64,000 nt of DNA from an uncultured Chloroflexia bacterium (GTDB taxonomy: Bacteria; Chloroflexota; Anaerolineae; B4-G1; SLSP01): the NCBI GenBank assembly GCA_963751345.1, contig CAVVUS010000010.1:32001-96000 (forward strand). Reading direction: 5' to 3'. The stretch's first letter is position 1, and each line of letters starts with the position of its first letter. This document shows, one piece after another, positions 31,268-42,735 of the stretch. The notes beneath the pieces were generated by a model. It was not told the DNA's origin, did no database searches, and worked only from the letters and a program-made list of their open reading frames with translations. The position numbers and the translations under genes are program-made.

Positions 31268-31320
31268 TGTCGGTTAGTCGCGGGCCGGGCCCGGCTTGGT
31301 GCGTTGAGGGGCAGAGGCAG

Positions 31321-31680
31321 CTATGCGCCGGACAGGGAGAGGTCGGACCTGGCCGGCTTACCGAGTCGTGGCGCGCCCACCGGCCTTGTTTCATCGTGGT
31401 TGTGGCTGACCAACAGCCAGATCAAAATGCCGCCCACGATGGAGATCAGCCCACCTCCCAGAAAGCCAAACAGCCGCAGCGTCTGGCTTGTGTTCCTCAG
31501 GCGGACTGCGTGCAGGCGCCCAGCCTCTGCAATCAGGTCCTGACTGAGTTGATTGATGAAGGACTGGGACGGTCCTTCACTCGGCATCACATAGACCACG
31601 GCGCGTGCTATGGCCTGCTGCTCTCCCACCGGGACATGGTCTTGCAGCACAACATACTTCTCACTGGATCTCCAGAACAT
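31321..31680 (-). CDS. Small single-TM protein, candidate anti-sigma factor
   Basis: Overlaps 3' end of ECF sigma gene; hydrophobic segment LFGFLGGGLISIVGGILIWLLV. Confidence 0.55.
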   Translation of the reverse strand: MFWRSSEKYVVLQDHVPVGEQQAIARAVVYVMPSEGPSQSFINQLSQDLIAEAGRLHAVRLRNTSQTLRLFGFLGGGLISIVGGILIWLLVSHNHDETRPVGAPRLGKPARSDLSLSGA

Positions 31681-32233
31681 CCCCTGCTCCTTCTTGCATC
31701 GCGTGCCTCAAACTGATCAAGGTCCGATGATAGAGGGCTTTGATGGCGCCCTCTGTTTTGCCAAGCACCTCTGCGATTTCCGCGTTGGTCATATGCTCGA
31801 AGAACTTAAGTAGAATGAGCGTCTTGCGGTCCTCCGGTAGTGAATCGACAACGTGCCGCAACGCCTGTTGCCTCTCGATGGTCGCTAACCAAGCCTCAGG
31901 ACTCGGCGCTTGCGAGTGTAAGGGAATCGGATCCTCCAGATCCAGTGAGATAGTAGGTCGATTCCCGTGATCACGGTACCAATTCACCAGCAGATTGTGT
32001 GCGATGCGATAGAGCCAGGCCTTGAACGGGGCCCCTGTCTCCTGATACCTATGAAGACTGCGAAGCGCACGATAGAACGTTCGTGACGTGAGATCTTCGG
32101 CCTCCGTTTGATTCGACGTGTGCCTGTAGTGGTAGCCGTAGATCTGCTTGACGTATCTTTGATAGAGCTCGCCAAACTCCTCTGGTTCGGCCTTGGCTCT
32201 AGCTATGAGGTCGCGCTCTTCACCGTTTGTCAT
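31661..32233 (-). CDS. ECF sigma-70 factor
   Basis: F..LY..Y...IY, AEDLT...F, F.AWLYRIAHN, EIAEVLGK.EGAIK. Confidence 0.9.
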   Translation of the reverse strand: MTNGEERDLIARAKAEPEEFGELYQRYVKQIYGYHYRHTSNQTEAEDLTSRTFYRALRSLHRYQETGAPFKAWLYRIAHNLLVNWYRDHGNRPTISLDLEDPIPLHSQAPSPEAWLATIERQQALRHVVDSLPEDRKTLILLKFFEHMTNAEIAEVLGKTEGAIKALYHRTLISLRHAMQEGAGDVLEIQ

Positions 32234-32530
32234 TAGATCCCCCAGGAAGAAGTATAGCATACCCATACCTTCCTGGACAATCTCGAATGATCCGGTGACG
32301 TAAACTCACGCCCTCCTTTTTCAACCCTTACAACACGCTATGCTCTCGAAAGTTGCGCTCAGTTGGCGATTTTCTCTCGATGGCAGTCATACCAATGTCC
32401 TGTCCCTCCGCTGTAGTTGCGTGGTTGTGGTAGGAGGTATAATAGGTTCTAACCTTGCCGTGACAGCCGCCGATTCTGCGCAGCAGTTCTGTCTGCAACC
32501 CAACGCGGCAGGCCAACAAGGAGTCTCGCT

Positions 32531-33376
32531 ATGGAATACGTGCCCGGCATCGATGCGTCTCGCTGGCAAGGCGCGATGGATTGGCAGGAGATCGCGGCTG
32601 GCGGCTACCGGTTCGCCATTATCCGTGCGACGATCGGCGATCAGTACACAGATCCTCAGTTCCAGGCTAACTGGGATGGCGCCCGCGAGGCCGGTTTGCT
32701 CGTCACCGCCTACCACGTTGTGACCCCCAAGGTCCCGGCCGAAGTGCAGATGGCACGCTTCTACGAGGTGCTGGACGACCGCATCTCTGACATCCCGTTG
32801 GTATTGGATGTCGAGCGCAGTGATGGTGCGAATCAGGATGAGATCTCGCGTTGTGTCAGAGACTGTCTTCGGGAGATCGAGGGGCGCGAGGCTCGAAAGC
32901 CGATTGTCTACACAGCACGTTGGTACTGGAATCGTTACGTCCTATCGTCCCCCGAGTGGCAGACGTACGATCTTTGGGTGGCAAGTTACACGCCCGATCC
33001 CCTGCTGCCCAAGGATTGGACTTCGTGGCGCTTCTGGCAGCATTCGAACAGTGGCGAGGTGTCGGGGTCGGGTTCAAGGTCGACGGATCTGAATTGGTTT
33101 GCCGGAACCTATGAGGACCTGCTCGCCTATGCGGGCAAGGAACAGCAGCCTCCTCCCGAGCCCATCGCGCCCTGGCGCATGCGCGTGGTGATCCCCAAGC
33201 TCAATGTCCGCAGCGGACCGGGCCGGACTTACAAAGACTTGGGTGACCTGCACGAGGGAGACATGATCGAGGTCTTGGCCCTTGCAGGCAAGGACGCGTG
33301 GGTCGAGTTCGAACCGGGAAGGTGGGCAGCCTTCTCACTTGATGACGATGAGCCCTATCTGGAACCGGCGCCTTAG
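32531..33376 (+). CDS. GH25 lysozyme with C-terminal SH3b-like domain
   Basis: GIDASRWQG, AYH, LDVE, LWVA.Y, W.FWQ, DLN.F; LNVRSGPG. Confidence 0.85.
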   Translation: MEYVPGIDASRWQGAMDWQEIAAGGYRFAIIRATIGDQYTDPQFQANWDGAREAGLLVTAYHVVTPKVPAEVQMARFYEVLDDRISDIPLVLDVERSDGANQDEISRCVRDCLREIEGREARKPIVYTARWYWNRYVLSSPEWQTYDLWVASYTPDPLLPKDWTSWRFWQHSNSGEVSGSGSRSTDLNWFAGTYEDLLAYAGKEQQPPPEPIAPWRMRVVIPKLNVRSGPGRTYKDLGDLHEGDMIEVLALAGKDAWVEFEPGRWAAFSLDDDEPYLEPAP

Positions 33377-33475
33377 TCGGGGGAAAGCGAGTTGCGCAAG
33401 ATTGCCGCCGACGAATTCCCTAGTTTTGGATCTGCATGCTCTTGCGTTTTCTGAATATATTGTGTAGAATAGGGT

Positions 33476-34488
33476 ATGGCATTATCCACACTGAGATCTA
33501 CGACAACTCTGCAACGCGCGTCGGCTGTCATCTGGATAGCTTTTGTCTTGGCGCTCCTCGGCCTGACCCTCCCTATGCCGCTGATGGCGCGCCAATCTCC
33601 GGATGGCCCCTCACCTGATCCTGGTCGCAGGTATTTTGCAGGAGACCGAGTTCTGGGTCAGCGGCGATTTCCTGGATTTCTACGATACCCATGGCGGTCT
33701 GGAGATCTTCGGATACCCGATCTCTGCGCCCTACAATGAGCACGGCCTCCTCGTCCAGTATTTCCAGAACGCCCGGATGGAGTGGCATCCTCAGAACCCC
33801 GACCCCTACAAGGTGCAGTTGGGGCTGCTGGGCGATGAGTTGGGGGTTCGGCAGGACCCGGTCGCACAGCGCCCACTCTCTGCAGGCCGGGTGTACTTTC
33901 CCGAGACCGGTCACAGTGTGACGTACATGTTCCTGAAGTACTTCCGCTCTCACGGAGGCGTTGATCTCTTTGGTTATCCCCTCAGTGAGATGTTCGTCGA
34001 GAACCAGAAAGTCGTCCAGTATTACCAGCGGATGAAGCTGATCTGGACGCCTCAGACCGGTCGCATCACGGTGGGTAACCTTGGCGATCTCTACGTGAAC
34101 GCTCACAGAAGCAGCCTGCCCACCGAACGCGTTGGAGTCTCTCCCCTACCGGCTCAACAGCCAGGGCATGCCGGAGCTTCGCATGGCTCTTGGGTTGTCG
34201 CGCTCGGTTGCCAGGTCGGACAATAGCCAGATTGCGACCGTCGTTGTACTCGACGACCGCAATGATGAGCCGGTGGCCAATGCCCAGGTGAAACTCTCAC
34301 TGAGCCTGGAGAATGGCGGTCCGCTCCCCGACCGGACCCGTATCCTCGGCACGGATGCCCAGGGGCGGGCAAGATTCACGGTTCCGTTGGACGGCATCGA
34401 TCCGGGTACGTGGGTGGTGGTACAGGTTGAGGCTGCCTATGGGCCGGCTACGACGTCGCAGAGCCAGCTTTTCCTCGTGTGGTGGTAG
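33476..34488 (+). CDS. Secreted protein with YFPETGH/FGYPIS repeats and C-terminal Ig-like region; indels ~33640 and ~34135
   Basis: Signal peptide, GGL.IFGYPIS, VQYFQ.AR.E.HP, YFPETGH, FGYPLSE. Confidence 0.7.
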
Positions 34489-34517
34489 GGCTCGCGTCCG
34501 GACACACTTGTCAAGCC

Positions 34518-34550
34518 AAAGCGGGCCGGTCGATCGACCGGCCCGCTTTT
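34518..34550. terminator. Bidirectional terminator-like perfect 32-bp palindrome
   Basis: aaagcgggccggtcga|tcgaccggcccgcttt between convergent genes. Confidence 0.8.
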
Positions 34551-34642
34551 CTGTGGTATATCTCGCACGTCATAGGGCCTGAAATGGCGCGCCGGCGTGG
34601 GCCGGTCAGCCTGCCTCTCCCTATGGTTTGCGCCCGATCGTG

Positions 34643-35461
34643 TCAGTCGCCTGAGGGCTGAGGCTCCGACGAGAAGACGTATCCTACGCCCCGGACGTTG
34701 AGGATATAGCATGGGTTCTCCGGCGATGGCTCCAGCTTGCGTCTCAGCCGCCGGATGTGGACCCGCACGATCGATCGAGCGCCCCAAGAATCGGTCTCAT
34801 ACCCCTGCGCACACTTCACCAGCTCCTGCGGCGAACAGACCTCGTCGGCGTGGTTGACCAGGCACTCGAGCAGTCGGAACTCGGTGGGGGTCAGATCGAT
34901 GACCTCACCGTGTGAGGTGACGATGTGCTTGGCCTTGTCGATGATCACGTCGCCGACGGAGATCAGGTCATCGTCAGGGGGAGCGATGATCGCGACTTCC
35001 TCGATATTGTCGGTCTTGACCAGTTGCTGGAGCGTGGTTTGTAGTTGCTGAACCAGGGCACGGCGGTGTCTGCCCGCCTTGAGCTCCGACAATGCCCGCC
35101 TCACCGCGCTCAGTACCTCGTCCACAGGACACGGCTTGAGCAGGAAGTCGTAGGCTCCTTTGCGGAGGGCATGAATCGCCGTCTCCAGGGTGCCGTACCC
35201 CGTGATCAAGATGACCACCAACTCGTCCGACATCTGCCGAATACCATCCAGCACCTGCAGCCCGTCGATGCCCGGAAGACGCAAGTCCAGGATTGCAATG
35301 TCGAACGGGGGCGACTGCTGTCGGGCCAGGGTCAGCGCTTCCTCACCGGAGGCGGCCAACGTGACCTGGTATCCCTCCAGCCGTAGCACTTCGCCGAGGG
35401 TAATGCGTTCGGCTGCTTCATCGTCCACGATCAGAATCTTGGCGTAGCTCTCCATGATCAT
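34643..35461 (-). CDS. OmpR-family response regulator transcription factor
   Basis: ILIVDDE, LDLRLP, KP; LTPTEF.LL, VHIRRLR.K, VRGVGY. Confidence 0.92.
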   Translation of the reverse strand: MIMESYAKILIVDDEAAERITLGEVLRLEGYQVTLAASGEEALTLARQQSPPFDIAILDLRLPGIDGLQVLDGIRQMSDELVVILITGYGTLETAIHALRKGAYDFLLKPCPVDEVLSAVRRALSELKAGRHRRALVQQLQTTLQQLVKTDNIEEVAIIAPPDDDLISVGDVIIDKAKHIVTSHGEVIDLTPTEFRLLECLVNHADEVCSPQELVKCAQGYETDSWGARSIVRVHIRRLRRKLEPSPENPCYILNVRGVGYVFSSEPQPSGD

Positions 35462-35467
35462 AGTCTA

Positions 35468-37150
35468 TTAGTCCTCTGGGTTTGGATACTCAGGTAGACG
35501 GATGATAAACGTTGTTCCTCCGCCGGTAGGGCTCTCAACCTCAATCGTGCCGCTGTGTCGTTCGACGATCCCATAGCTGATCGCCAGGCCCAGTCCCGTG
35601 CCGGTCGGTTTGGATGTGTGAAAGGGTTCGAAAAGATGATCGCGAATCTCAGGAGAGATACCCGGTCCACTGTCGCGGAATGCTGCGACGACCTGTTTTG
35701 CCTCCGCATGGTGCGCCGTTCCAACCCATAGGGTGCCCCCCTCCGGCATTGCTTCGATCCCGTTGATCACCAGATTGAGAAAGACCTGGGTCAGCTGATT
35801 TGCAGTACCGCGCACCAATGGAAGGTTGGGGTTGAGACGGGATTCCACCTGGATGCGAGACTGCTGCAGCCGCTTGCTCGCAATGGCCAGGGCGTCCTGT
35901 ACCGGGCCGTTGATATCCAGGGCCTGCATTGCCGAGGAGGGTCGATAGAAGTCCAGCATGCGGTGCACGATCTGGACCAGCCGGTTTACCTCGTTTTGGG
36001 CCATCTCCAGGAAGCGCTGTTTCTGTTCCCCGTCAAGGCTCTTGTGCGACGCCAGATGCAGGCTGTTCTGAATCGCCTGGAGGGGATTGTTGATCTCGTG
36101 CGCCAACGATGCGGTGAGGCGTCCCACCGCTGCCATCTTTTCAGCCTGGATGAGCTGATTCTGGGATCGCTCGATCTCGTCGGCGAAGGCCTCCAGGTCG
36201 TGGAATAGCCAGGCTTTCTCGACAGCGATCACCACGGTCGCCGCGACGTGCTCCGTGAGCGTGATATCCTGTTCGCGCAATGTGTTATCGCGGCCAATGG
36301 CGACCAGGGCCCCTACCGCCTCATCGTTCTTCGCCAGCGGCACACACAGGATATCCAGGGGCGAGACCTCGAGAGCGTTGGCCCAGAAACCGGATGCCAC
36401 GCGCCGCTTGAAAATCGGGCATACGTCTGAGGCCATTTGCTGAAGCGACGGATCTTCCTGGGGAATCAGCCGCCCTTCCAGCCAGACCCCCACCGGACTC
36501 CGCGCCGCTCGGATCACCCAATCGTCGGACTCCTCATCGGTGAGCACGACCGCCAGGGCATCTGCCTCGATGAGGCGCGCGAGCCCGCTGAGCGCAGAGA
36601 CCAGAACCTCGTCCAGGTTCAGGCTTGATGAGATGGCCCGGTTGATCTCGTCCAGCGCCGCCAGCTCCTGGTTGCGCTGGCGCAACATGAGCTCTGTTCT
36701 TCGAATCCTGGCGACGACGCCAACCCTTGCCAGGAGCTCCTGGGGGTCGAAGGGCTTGATGATATAGTCGTCCGCGCCCATCTCGAGACCCCGGGTCTTG
36801 GCGGAAATGGAGTTCAGCCCCGTGATCAGGATGACGGGAATCTGTTGTAGCTCGGGGTCACTCTTCATCTTGGCCAGGATGTGGAAACCATCCTCGCCGG
36901 GCATCATAATGTCGAGCAGGACGATGTCCACCGGGGCTGCTTCGAGAACCTGTCGGTGGAGGAGGCGGAGTGCCGAGTCTCCATCGTGTTCGACGAGGAT
37001 CTCGCTGGGCAACAACTCCAGGACATTCTCGATTAGCTTGATCATCTCCGGTTCGTCGTCGACGATCAGAACGCGGGGCCGAGAGATATCCCCGCGATAT
37101 GCCAGTGTGGACCCTGGAGGTCGCGTTGTAGTCAGTGGCTGAAGCGACAT
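35468..37150 (-). CDS. REC-GAF-histidine kinase
   Basis: LLDIMMP, GADDYI.KPF; EKMAAVGRL...AHEINNPL; FHTSK..GTGLGL. Confidence 0.9.
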   Translation of the reverse strand: MSLQPLTTTRPPGSTLAYRGDISRPRVLIVDDEPEMIKLIENVLELLPSEILVEHDGDSALRLLHRQVLEAAPVDIVLLDIMMPGEDGFHILAKMKSDPELQQIPVILITGLNSISAKTRGLEMGADDYIIKPFDPQELLARVGVVARIRRTELMLRQRNQELAALDEINRAISSSLNLDEVLVSALSGLARLIEADALAVVLTDEESDDWVIRAARSPVGVWLEGRLIPQEDPSLQQMASDVCPIFKRRVASGFWANALEVSPLDILCVPLAKNDEAVGALVAIGRDNTLREQDITLTEHVAATVVIAVEKAWLFHDLEAFADEIERSQNQLIQAEKMAAVGRLTASLAHEINNPLQAIQNSLHLASHKSLDGEQKQRFLEMAQNEVNRLVQIVHRMLDFYRPSSAMQALDINGPVQDALAIASKRLQQSRIQVESRLNPNLPLVRGTANQLTQVFLNLVINGIEAMPEGGTLWVGTAHHAEAKQVVAAFRDSGPGISPEIRDHLFEPFHTSKPTGTGLGLAISYGIVERHSGTIEVESPTGGGTTFIIRLPEYPNPED

Positions 37151-37281
37151 AATGGCTCGCTAGAACGAAATCCTCTCGCCTGCTACGTCCGTCTGACCGG
37201 ACACCATAGACAAAATCCGCCGTCCTGTGGGCAAGTGTGCCCCAGTCGTCGCGTTGATGGCTCTTCAGGGCGCTCGCTCAT

Positions 37282-37815
37282 CTAAGACGCTCTGCCATCG
37301 TCAAGGGCCAGGTTTACGGCCTCCTGCAAAGCCGTGAATCGTCCTGCGCTCATATCCAGCACACCAATGCGAGGTGTGTCATTCAGGCCGGCGAACACAC
37401 GCCGCCACGTCGCGTGAGTACCTGACAGCGGCACAAAGAAGACCCGCGCCTCCCTGAAGGCTTGGCGCGTATGGACGCGAACGGGCTCGTTATAGTGTAC
37501 TTCTAAGAGCCTGCCGGAATCGCGATAGAGCGCAAGGCTCTCATCTGACAGGCCGACGGCGCCTTCATATCCCGCCCAGTGGGCCACCCCATCGGAAAAG
37601 GCTGCCATGATTGCATCGTACTCCGGGTCTCCAGGGAAGAACATCACGGTCTCGCCATCCCAGTAGACGGTGATCCAGTCCGCGGGGGCATTGAATACCG
37701 TCAAGAACCATAGCGGATCCTCATTGGTGAGCGCGTTAACCCACCAGAATAGGAGGCCTCCTACTACGATCAAGATGCTGAATGCACTTAACAAACTGGG
37801 GCGTTTGCCTGGCAC
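37282..37815 (-). CDS. Hypothetical membrane-anchored protein
   Basis: ORF with N-terminal TM; GTG after GGGAGG. Confidence 0.55.
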   Translation of the reverse strand: MPGKRPSLLSAFSILIVVGGLLFWWVNALTNEDPLWFLTVFNAPADWITVYWDGETVMFFPGDPEYDAIMAAFSDGVAHWAGYEGAVGLSDESLALYRDSGRLLEVHYNEPVRVHTRQAFREARVFFVPLSGTHATWRRVFAGLNDTPRIGVLDMSAGRFTALQEAVNLALDDGRAS

Positions 37816-37861
37816 TGATGACCCTCCCATAAAGATTATAGTGTGGTTTATACAATTTGTG

Positions 37862-37913
37862 AAGCGCACACACGGGGCGGCGAGGAATTCCTCGCCGCCC
37901 CGTGTGTGCGCTT
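37862..37913. terminator. Perfect 52-bp palindrome downstream of the ABC operon
   Basis: aagcgcacacacggggcggcgaggaa|ttcctcgccgccccgtgtgtgcgctt. Confidence 0.7.
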
Positions 37914-37952
37914 AGTCCGGGTGAGCACGTGCACGTGCTCGGCCGCTGTCTC

Positions 37953-38969
37953 TTAGCCGGCCTCTTTCTCGACAAGCCAACAGGCCACATAGTGGCCGTC
38001 GCCATAGTCCTTGAAGATCGGGATCTCTTTGTCGCAGAGACCCTTCATTGCGTAGCGACACCGCGGGTGGAAGTGGCAGCCCGGCGGAGGATTGATGGGG
38101 CTGGGCACGTCGCCCTCCAGAATGATGCGATCCCGCGAGCCGGCCTTCCGGGGGTCGGCGACCGGGATGGCCGACATCAGCGCCTGCGTATAGGGATGAA
38201 GTGGGTTCTCGAAGATCTTGTCGCGGGACGCGAGTTCGGCCATCTTCCCGAGGTACATAACTGCCACGCGAGTGCTGATGTGTTCCACAACGCTCAAGTT
38301 GTGGGCGATAAAGAGGTAGGTCAGTCCCAACTGCTCTTGCAGGTCCATCAGGATGTTCAGCACCTGGGCTTGGACTGAGACATCCAGGGCTGACACCGGC
38401 TCATCCGCCACGATGAACTTGGGATCGAGCGCCAACGCGCGGGCGATCCCGATTCGCTGTCGTTGCCCGCCCGAGAACTCGTGCGGATAACGTTTGGCGT
38501 GGAAATCCTCCATATTGACCAGGCGCAGGAGGTTGATCACGCGTTCCCAACGTTCCTGGGGTGTACCAACGCGGTGCACGACCAGCCCCTCCATGATACT
38601 CTCACCGATCGGCATCCGCGGATCGAGGGAGGAGAAGGGATCCTGGAAGACGATTTGCATTTCCCTACGGACATCCTTCATCTCCCGCCTGTTCAACTGG
38701 AAGATGTCACGCCCCTCGAAGAAGACCGATCCTTCTGTATGCGGGGTCAGGCGCAGCAGGGTTCTTCCGACCGTCGTCTTGCCGCACCCGGACTCGCCCA
38801 CAAGCCCGAGCGTCTCCCCTTGTTTGATGGAGAAACTCACATCGTCGACGGCCTTGACCTGGGCCGTTACCCGCTGCAGGAAGCCACTCCGCACAGGAAA
38901 GTACTTCACGAGGTTGTTGACGACGATGAGGTTGTCTTTCTCACGCTTGCTCGTCTTGACTTCAGCCAT
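37953..38969 (-). CDS. oppF: Oligopeptide/dipeptide ABC ATP-binding protein (OppF/DppF)
   Basis: [39 protein letters not shown]. Confidence 0.9.
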   Translation of the reverse strand: MAEVKTSKREKDNLIVVNNLVKYFPVRSGFLQRVTAQVKAVDDVSFSIKQGETLGLVGESGCGKTTVGRTLLRLTPHTEGSVFFEGRDIFQLNRREMKDVRREMQIVFQDPFSSLDPRMPIGESIMEGLVVHRVGTPQERWERVINLLRLVNMEDFHAKRYPHEFSGGQRQRIGIARALALDPKFIVADEPVSALDVSVQAQVLNILMDLQEQLGLTYLFIAHNLSVVEHISTRVAVMYLGKMAELASRDKIFENPLHPYTQALMSAIPVADPRKAGSRDRIILEGDVPSPINPPPGCHFHPRCRYAMKGLCDKEIPIFKDYGDGHYVACWLVEKEAG

Positions 38970-39985
38970 TATGCTTCCCCCTCGTCCTCATTGTCTTCGT
39001 AGAGCCAGCAGCGAACCTTGTGACCGGGCTCATATTCAATCAGGTGCGGCTCTTGTTCTGTGCAGATATGCAGATGATGCTCAATCCTGGCAAGACACCG
39101 CGGCGCGAATTTGCACCCCGGGGGCAGATCGATGAGGTTCGGCACAGAACCGGGAATCGTATCAAGACGCTCCTTGACGACGCCCATCACGGGGATGGAG
39201 GCCAGAAGTCCCCGGGTATAGGGGTGGTATGGCCGGTCGAAAAGCTCTTGCACCCTGGCCTGCTCGACGATACGTCCGGCATACATAACCGAGACCCGCG
39301 AGGCCATCTCGGCAACCACGCCCATGTCGTGCGTGATGAGGATAATCGAGGTGCCCAACTTGGCTTGCAGACCTCGCATGAGGTCGAGGATCTGGGCCTG
39401 GATGGTGACATCCAGCGCTGTGGTCGGTTCGTCCGCAATCAGCAGCTCGGGCTCGTTGGCCAGGGCCATAGCGATCATGACGCGTTGCGCCATGCCGCCG
39501 GAAAGCTCGTGCGGGAAGGCCTCTACCCGTTTCTCGGGCTCGGGGATACCCACCGTCCGCAGCAACTCCACGGCCTGTTGCCATCCCTGTCTCTTGTCGG
39601 TCCCTCGGTGGATCTCCAGCACCTCGGAGATCTGATCGCCGATCTTGAACACCGGATTGAGGCACGAGGTCGGCTGCTGGAAGATCATCGCGAGCTGGTC
39701 TCCCCGCATCTGGCGCATTTCTGACTCGGACAGGTCCAGAAGATCGCGCCCGTTAAACAGGACCTCACCATCGACGATCTTGCCCGGAATGCCCACCAAC
39801 TGCATGATTGAGAAGGATGTGACACTCTTGCCACAGCCCGATTCGCCGACCAGGGCCACGATCTCCCCCCGGCCCACATCGAAATCTACCCCGTCGACAG
39901 CCTTCACCACGCCATCTTCGGTGAAGAAATAAGTCTTGAGACCTCGTACATCCAGAATCGTCTCATTGTGCTTCAATGTTTCCAC
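38969..39985 (-). CDS. oppD: Oligopeptide/dipeptide ABC ATP-binding protein (OppD/DppD)
   Basis: [32 protein letters not shown]. Confidence 0.9.
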   Translation of the reverse strand: METLKHNETILDVRGLKTYFFTEDGVVKAVDGVDFDVGRGEIVALVGESGCGKSVTSFSIMQLVGIPGKIVDGEVLFNGRDLLDLSESEMRQMRGDQLAMIFQQPTSCLNPVFKIGDQISEVLEIHRGTDKRQGWQQAVELLRTVGIPEPEKRVEAFPHELSGGMAQRVMIAMALANEPELLIADEPTTALDVTIQAQILDLMRGLQAKLGTSIILITHDMGVVAEMASRVSVMYAGRIVEQARVQELFDRPYHPYTRGLLASIPVMGVVKERLDTIPGSVPNLIDLPPGCKFAPRCLARIEHHLHICTEQEPHLIEYEPGHKVRCWLYEDNEDEGEA

Positions 39986-40001
39986 GTCATCTCCTCCTAA
40001 A

Positions 40002-40937
40002 TCACAGCTTCAGGCGCGGGTCGAGCGCGTCACGCAGGCCGTCACCGACGTAGTTGAAGGCCAGCGATGTCAGGAAGATCGCCAGACCCGGATAGAAAAC
40101 CTTGGCCGGCTGGCCCAACAGGCCTGCTTGAGCTGCTTGCAGCATATTGCCCCATGTAGGAACCGGGGGCTGGACGCCAAACCCGAGGAAACTCAGGGCC
40201 GACTCCAGCACGATCACACCGCCCAACCCCAGTGTCGCGTGGACGATGATGGGAGCCATCGCATTCGGAATCATATGACGCAGAATAATCCGACCATTCG
40301 ACATTCCCAGCGCCCTTGCGGCCTCGGAGAAGTCGAGCCCTCGCAGGCTCAACACCATGCCACGCACAAGGCGGCAGGTGCCCATCCACCCAAAGGCGAT
40401 CAGGATGACCACGATCACGACCACGCTGGTGTATTCGTCGGGCACGAAGGGTAAGGTGAAGCCCCGCAGAATCGCGCCGAAGGCTAACAGCAGGGGAAGC
40501 AGGGGGATCGTCAGCAGGAAGTCAACGATACGTTGTGTCAGACTGTCCACCCATCCACCATAGTATCCTGAGATCCCTCCTAGAACGGCGCCAAAGACCT
40601 CACTCACGAGCGTCACCACAAACGCGACGGTGAGCGAGATCCGTGCGGCGTACAACAACCTGCTGAAGACGTCCCTTCCGACGTCATCGGTTCCGAGCAG
40701 GTGCTCAGGGCTGGGGGGCACATTCCTGCTGTACGGATCCTGGTAGGTGATGGGGTCATAGGGCGCCACAACGGGGGCAAAGATCCCCATCAAGAGAAAG
40801 GCACCCAGGACGATCATCCCCGCGACGGCCAATCTGTGGCGTCTGAACCGACGCCAGACCACGAGGAACTGGCTTTCCTTTTCAGGTGTCAACAGACCTT
40901 CTGCATCAAGTTGCTCGACCATTGGTTCTTCTGACAT
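40002..40937 (-). CDS. oppC: Peptide ABC permease (OppC/DppC)
   Basis: RRF.RH.LA, LGTD..GRD, EAARALG, H..PN, GDGLRDALDP. Confidence 0.9.
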   Translation of the reverse strand: MSEEPMVEQLDAEGLLTPEKESQFLVVWRRFRRHRLAVAGMIVLGAFLLMGIFAPVVAPYDPITYQDPYSRNVPPSPEHLLGTDDVGRDVFSRLLYAARISLTVAFVVTLVSEVFGAVLGGISGYYGGWVDSLTQRIVDFLLTIPLLPLLLAFGAILRGFTLPFVPDEYTSVVVIVVILIAFGWMGTCRLVRGMVLSLRGLDFSEAARALGMSNGRIILRHMIPNAMAPIIVHATLGLGGVIVLESALSFLGFGVQPPVPTWGNMLQAAQAGLLGQPAKVFYPGLAIFLTSLAFNYVGDGLRDALDPRLKL

Positions 40938-40956
40938 AAGTAAATACCTCGACAGG

Positions 40957-42413
40957 CTACCCGTAGCGGATCCTGGGATCCACGATGGTATAAAGAATAT
41001 CGCCCACAAGTGTGGCGATGACGGTCAGCGCGGCGCTGATGAAGAGGAAGACCATCACGATCGGCCAGTCATCCGACCCCAAGGCATCGTAATACAGGCG
41101 GCCCATACCTTGCCACGAGAAGATTGTTTCAGTGATGGTAGCACCGCTGAAGATACCCGGAATCGTGAAGACGACGATCGTCACCAGCGGAATCAGGGCG
41201 TTACGCATCGCGTGCTTGACGATGACGAGACGCTCCGCGAGCCCCTTGGCACGCGCCGTGCGGACGTAGTCTTGCCGCAGCACGTCCAGCATAGAGGCGC
41301 GCATAAAGCGGCTCCAACTGGCCATGTAGAGAAGGCTCAGCGTCACGGTGGGAAGCATCGAGGTGCACTCCCTTGTCGACGAAGCCCCCCGGGACGGCAT
41401 TGAGCGCCCTCAGCAGGCTCCCGGTCGGAGCCGTTCGCACCGAACTGATCCCGCCGGCAGGCATATAGGGAATGCCCCATTGACGGAACTTGATGGAGAA
41501 GATCAGGATAAGCATGATCGCCAGCCAGAAGACAGGCATCGCGGTGCCGAAGAACGTAAAGGTCGTCACGATGTAGTCCAGCCGCGAGTACTGCTTGACG
41601 GCTGAGTAGATACCGATCGGAATGGCAATAACGAGCGAAAACACCGTCGACGCGATCATCAGCGTGATCGTGTTACGGAGCCGGCTCTTCATAATATCAA
41701 TGATGGGTTGCCCACGCGCGACGGACCATGAAGTGCCGAAGTCGAGGCGCAGCACACCGTGGCCGGTGCCGTGAAAGTGGGCGTCCTTTCCAAGAAGTCC
41801 GTAGGGTCCAAAGAGCCAGGAGACGTTGACCCAGTTGCCCTTGGGCCAGGCCGGGGCAAGGGGCGTTACCCACTCGGTTTGCGGGGTCGTCCTGACCCAG
41901 ATGTCCTCTGTGCTGCCGGATTCATCGACCTTCACGCTGTGACCGTCGACCTCGAGGATGGTTCCATCGATCACGTTGGCGGGCTGTTCCTCGTCGGGAC
42001 GGATCCACACCTTCGTTGCCGTGTAGACGGGGAGGCCGTCGTGCGTCGTTGGTGCCGGTCTGTTGACCGGTGACCCAGATCGCATACCCCCCCTTAGCGT
42101 AGGCGATGCCCGGCGCGGCCCAAAAGCGTATGCCGTCCGGGGCGTTGAGCCCCACATACATATAGTTGGCGCCCAGCCAATCCTCACCGACCAGCCACAC
42201 CAGGTACCGCAGCACCAGGGGCTTGTCGAGGCCCAGGTACGTCTCGAGGCGCGCCTTGTCGGCCTCGCTGAACCGCGCCTTGCGGTCGCCCTGCTGGTTC
42301 AGCCCTGAAAGGGGGCCACCCGGCGCCAGGTTTAGCAGTGCGTAGATGGCCATGGTCGCGACAAGGACGACTGCCACCATCTGTATCAAGCGGCGAATAA
42401 GATAACTTGTCAT
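40957..42413 (-). CDS. oppB: Peptide ABC permease (OppB/DppB) with large extracytoplasmic insertion; indels ~42040 and ~41360
   Basis: YLIRRL, APGGP, DFG.S, DYVRTARAKG, KHA.RNALIP, DPRI. Confidence 0.85.
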
Positions 42414-42564
42414 GCACAAGCTCCTTCCAAAATCATGCTTTCACGCGGATAATACCACATTCCTACTATGCGCGCGGCCTCTCTTTACCTTCCGTCACTA
42501 TTCTACTTGCCGATTGACGGGAAGGTTCAATGCTGGAGTGACTTTCCCTGGGAGGACTTCGCAC

Positions 42565-42611
42565 TCAAGAAAACTCGTGATCGTTTCCTTCACAATCACG
42601 AGTTTTCTTGA
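42565..42611. other. 17-bp perfect inverted repeat in the oppA-oppB spacer
   Basis: tcaagaaaactcgtgat / atcacgagttttcttga, 13-nt loop. Confidence 0.75.
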
Positions 42612-42699
42612 ACGCGCTGCCAAAGATCGGGGCCGACTGACGCGCAAGTGCGGATGACTCAAACGACGAACGTGGGTGAGTGGCGTCACGGGTCTCCCC

Positions 42700-42735
42700 A
42701 AAAACGGGTGGCAGCGCTCAGGCGCTGCCACCCGT
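42700..42735 (-). terminator. Rho-independent terminator after oppA
   Basis: 14-bp stem 42704-42717/42722-42735 followed by T run on minus strand. Confidence 0.75.

Noticed and set aside
32531-33376. GH25 gene as prophage endolysin
   Set aside because: No holin, structural or replication phage genes nearby; a host cell-wall hydrolase is more likely.
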